Below are positions 60,998 to 64,000 of a stretch of 64,000 nt of DNA, piece by piece (positions within the stretch are counted from its first letter, which is position 1; each line of letters begins with the position of its first letter). This DNA comes from an uncultured candidate division Zixibacteria bacterium (GTDB lineage: Bacteria; Zixibacteria; MSB-5A5; GN15; FEB-12). Where the stretch lies: NCBI GenBank assembly GCA_963806185.1, contig CAWDXE010000004.1, positions 160,001-224,000 of the forward strand, read 5' to 3'. The notes under the pieces are model-generated. The model saw nothing but the letters and a program-made list of their open reading frames with translations. It was not told the DNA's origin and did not search any database. The position numbers and the translations under genes are program-made.

Positions 60998-63748
60998 ATG
61001 AAGCACTCGAACAAAACAGCCATTTTCATTGCCGCCCTCTCGGTGGTGGCCATACTGGCGGGCACCGTCTGGTCGCGACCTTATAACGAGCGGCCTCGCC
61101 GTGCACAGTCAATAGAAGGCGGCGGACCGCTGCCGATCCCATCGCCCATAACCGTGGATCAGGTGACGCACAACCTGGGCAATCTGGCCACGACGGTTGA
61201 TAACTGGGGGTATGTGGGCGGTTATGGCTATGCCAATCTGCCCTCCGGCGAATGGCCGCGGGGATCGGGTCACAATTACCTCGCTGAAATCAAGTATTGG
61301 ATGGGCGGCGTGACCCCGTCGGGCGACACGCTGGTGGCCAATTCCGATGACGATTTTGAAGCCCTGCCGTCGCTGATTTCCGGAGCGAGCGAAACACGAA
61401 TTCTCATGTCCAGCGATACGACTCGCTACTATGGCTATGACCCGAGCGACACCGTCGGTCTGGGGGCCGGCAGTCCGGCGCACGGCTGGCGTATCTGGAA
61501 CGGCGACTCCGCCGCGTGGGTGTACAACCGCGTCTACAGCGCCATTGATCATCAGTACTACGCCGGCGGGCCGGCCTCACTGCAGGAATCGCACTATCGC
61601 TTCGGTGACCAGGCGCTGGGGAATTCGCTGATGGGTCTCGAAATGACCCACACCGTGCTCGGCTGGAACTACTGCTACAACGACGACTTTCTTTTTGTGG
61701 TGCTTGAGATCACAAACAATTCTGCGGTCGATTATACGAACTTCGCCTTTGGCTTGTACATCGATATCGACGTTGGCGAAAACAAGGTGCCCGGCCAGAA
61801 CGGCAATCTGGGCGATATGGTGTCCTCCGATTCGTCCGAGAATCTGGCATGGATCTATGACGCCGACAATTTTGACGCCTATTGGCGGCAGACTGGTATT
61901 TTGGGGACCAAGTATCTCGAAACGCCGGACGGAATCGGTATGACAGCCTTGCGGACCGGCGACTGGGCACTTCTGCCCGACGAAGATGCCGGTCGGTTCG
62001 AGATGATCAACAGTACAGAATTCGACGGTTCGTTGCCGCCGACCGATCAGTATTACGTGCAGTGTACCCGAGGTATCAACCTCGAGGCCGGGAAGACCAT
62101 TCGCGTCGTCTATGCATTGATCGCAGGGAAGAACGAAGCCGACTTCCGGGCCAACGCCGCGCTGGCGCAGGAACTCTACAACAATCACTTCGTCGGTCCG
62201 CAGCCGCCGGTCACTCCGACCGTCCATGCCCGTGCCGGCGATCGTAAGGCATACGTCTATTGGAATGACACGGCCGAAGTGTCGATTGACCCGATGACTG
62301 GGTTGTCGGACTTCGCCGGATACAAACTATACCGCAGCGAGGACTTCGGCCTTACCTGGGGTTCGGTGGACGACAATAACGAGAATAACTGCCTGACCGT
62401 CGACTACTACCCCGTGACCGCCTATGCGGCGGCCAGCCCCGGTGACCCGATCGGTCACAGCTACATTGATACCAACCTCACCAACGGGGTGGAATACTGG
62501 TACTGTGTATCTGCTTATGATCTGGGCGTGAGCGGCGTGGTCGATCCCCTGCAGTCCGGATTTTCCGTTGCCGGCGGAGCGCCAAATGTCGTGTCGATAA
62601 CGCCGCGCACCGATCCGGCCGGCGCCTATACGGCTGCCGGAACGGTCGCCCATACCACGACGGGGAGCTCGCTGCCCTCCGATGGCAACGTGCTGCCAAT
62701 AGTATTTGATCAGTCAGCTATCACCGGCGACGAATACCAGGTCGTTTTTGATGAACAGCCGGATCAAACCTACTGGAGCCTGATCAATACGACTACCGGC
62801 GATACTGTCCTGGCCAACCAGTCGCGCTATGCCGGCGAGCCGGAATTATACAATATCGGTGAAGGCGTTCGCGTCGTGGTACGCAACGGCGACTATGCCC
62901 CGCGTGACGCCGCGCAGACCTCTTTCGCCAGCCCCGGTGACACAACCTTGAATCTGGGAGCGTTCTTCGGGCCGTCGATTGCCGCTTTATACGATAACGA
63001 CTCCTATACGTTCGGCGACGGCAAGTTCCGCGCGACGTATGAAGTACGTTATACCGGCGATACTACCTACGCTTTCTCAATCTGGGAAGCCCTTAACTGG
63101 GAAAGCGATCCGCATCCGCAGTATCGCCCGCTGGCGGCAGTTCCGTTCGAGGTGTGGAATGTAACGGAAAATCGTCGAGTCAATCTGATGGTCACGAAGA
63201 ACGAGGCGGCGATGGACGGCACCTGGGGACCCCAGAATTCGCTTATCATCGTCGATCTGCCGTACGACACAACGGCCGACGTCACCTCACTCGCCTTCCC
63301 GTACCTTTGCGGTTGGTGGTTCCGCTTTGATCTGGCGACATTCAATCCGTCGGTAGGAGACGTGTTCACGATCGACGGAGCGCCACTCAACGGCCCGACC
63401 GACGTTTTCGCTTTCCGTACTGATGGCGTCAGCGGTGCGTCGGCAACGGCTCAGCTTAGGAAGATTAAGGTCGTTCCTGACCCGTATTTTGCCCGGTATT
63501 CGTCCCGAGTGGAGACGGAAAACGGCGAAACAGTCCTGCAATTTGTGAATCTTCCCGACAAGTGCACGATTCGCATTTACACGCTGACCGGCGATCTGGT
63601 CAATACGATTGAGAAGAATGACTTTGGTGGAACGGCGGAATGGAACCTGCTTTCCAGTGATCAACGGCAGATTTCTTCCGGCATATACATTTACCACGTT
63701 GACTCACCGTACGGGGAACGCCTCGGACGGTTTGCGGTGATCAAGTAG
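60998..63748 (+). CDS. Large secreted protein with FN3-like module and C-terminal T9SS-CTD-like Ig domain
   Basis: Signal peptide; GEWPRGSG; GYKLYRS...YWYCVSAYD; KVVPDPY...IRIYTLTGDLV...W...SGIYIY...RFAVIK. Confidence 0.8.
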   Translation: MKHSNKTAIFIAALSVVAILAGTVWSRPYNERPRRAQSIEGGGPLPIPSPITVDQVTHNLGNLATTVDNWGYVGGYGYANLPSGEWPRGSGHNYLAEIKYWMGGVTPSGDTLVANSDDDFEALPSLISGASETRILMSSDTTRYYGYDPSDTVGLGAGSPAHGWRIWNGDSAAWVYNRVYSAIDHQYYAGGPASLQESHYRFGDQALGNSLMGLEMTHTVLGWNYCYNDDFLFVVLEITNNSAVDYTNFAFGLYIDIDVGENKVPGQNGNLGDMVSSDSSENLAWIYDADNFDAYWRQTGILGTKYLETPDGIGMTALRTGDWALLPDEDAGRFEMINSTEFDGSLPPTDQYYVQCTRGINLEAGKTIRVVYALIAGKNEADFRANAALAQELYNNHFVGPQPPVTPTVHARAGDRKAYVYWNDTAEVSIDPMTGLSDFAGYKLYRSEDFGLTWGSVDDNNENNCLTVDYYPVTAYAAASPGDPIGHSYIDTNLTNGVEYWYCVSAYDLGVSGVVDPLQSGFSVAGGAPNVVSITPRTDPAGAYTAAGTVAHTTTGSSLPSDGNVLPIVFDQSAITGDEYQVVFDEQPDQTYWSLINTTTGDTVLANQSRYAGEPELYNIGEGVRVVVRNGDYAPRDAAQTSFASPGDTTLNLGAFFGPSIAALYDNDSYTFGDGKFRATYEVRYTGDTTYAFSIWEALNWESDPHPQYRPLAAVPFEVWNVTENRRVNLMVTKNEAAMDGTWGPQNSLIIVDLPYDTTADVTSLAFPYLCGWWFRFDLATFNPSVGDVFTIDGAPLNGPTDVFAFRTDGVSGASATAQLRKIKVVPDPYFARYSSRVETENGETVLQFVNLPDKCTIRIYTLTGDLVNTIEKNDFGGTAEWNLLSSDQRQISSGIYIYHVDSPYGERLGRFAVIK

Positions 63749-63760
63749 AGGAGAGTGGCG

Positions 63761-64000
63761 ATGAGAACGGCTGCATTAATCATTTGTTGTCTGTTGCTGG
63801 CGACCGCCCTTTCCGCTCAGCAGAGCACCGTCGGAGCCGCCGGCGCGCAGTTCCTCAAGATCGGCGTTGGATCGAAATACCAGGCGATGGGGGAAGCCTC
63901 AGTCGCCGTGGCGGATGACATCTATTCGATGTACTGGAACCCGGCCGGTTTGGCCGCTATTGAAAACGGTCAGATCAGCTTCACCAACGTCAATTATGTA
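63761..64000 (+). CDS. PorV/PorQ-family outer membrane protein (3'-truncated by window edge)
   Basis: Own translation MRTAALII...AQFLKIGVG...AMGEA...YWNPAGLA; GAGGAG RBS. Confidence 0.85.
   Translation, partial: MRTAALIICCLLLATALSAQQSTVGAAGAQFLKIGVGSKYQAMGEASVAVADDIYSMYWNPAGLAAIENGQISFTNVNYV

Overview
GC-rich bacterial chromosomal segment with no phage, IS, CRISPR, rRNA or tRNA visible. Cys-rich dockerin-like C-termini and the TonB receptor/CTD/PorV-like trio suggest an FCB-affiliated diderm anaerobe, probably candidate phylum Zixibacteria (inference). Content in order: distal complex I operon (nuoG-N); uvrB; rplU-bamA-skp-lpxD; ssb; nadE-rsmI-PAP2-lgt-SPFH; accessory genes with REP-like palindrome clusters; an RRE/PqqD-like-M50-HlyD gene followed by an unannotated 25-codon LEERIAP peptide that converges on a Ser/Thr kinase-TPR gene and a GAF-PAS histidine kinase; an RsbV/W/U-like partner switch with NUDIX and an Omp85 paralogue; a 2-oxoacid:ferredoxin oxidoreductase operon joined to a HydABC/BfuABC-like module with no catalytic hydrogenase; a citryl-CoA lyase-like gene, an M24 peptidase and OmpA; and a solute-binding-protein/two-component cascade divergent from a TonB receptor operon. 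Top leads: (1) the putative processed-peptide export/signalling system at 25.8-33.3 kb; (2) a UGA-recoded glutaredoxin-like selenoprotein with a SECIS-like hairpin between nuoM and nuoN; (3) the OFOR-BfuABC operon with a Rex-like operator; (4) sigma28-type promoters upstream of signalling genes. Many genes carry frameshifts that mostly look like single-base insertions, most likely long-read consensus errors.
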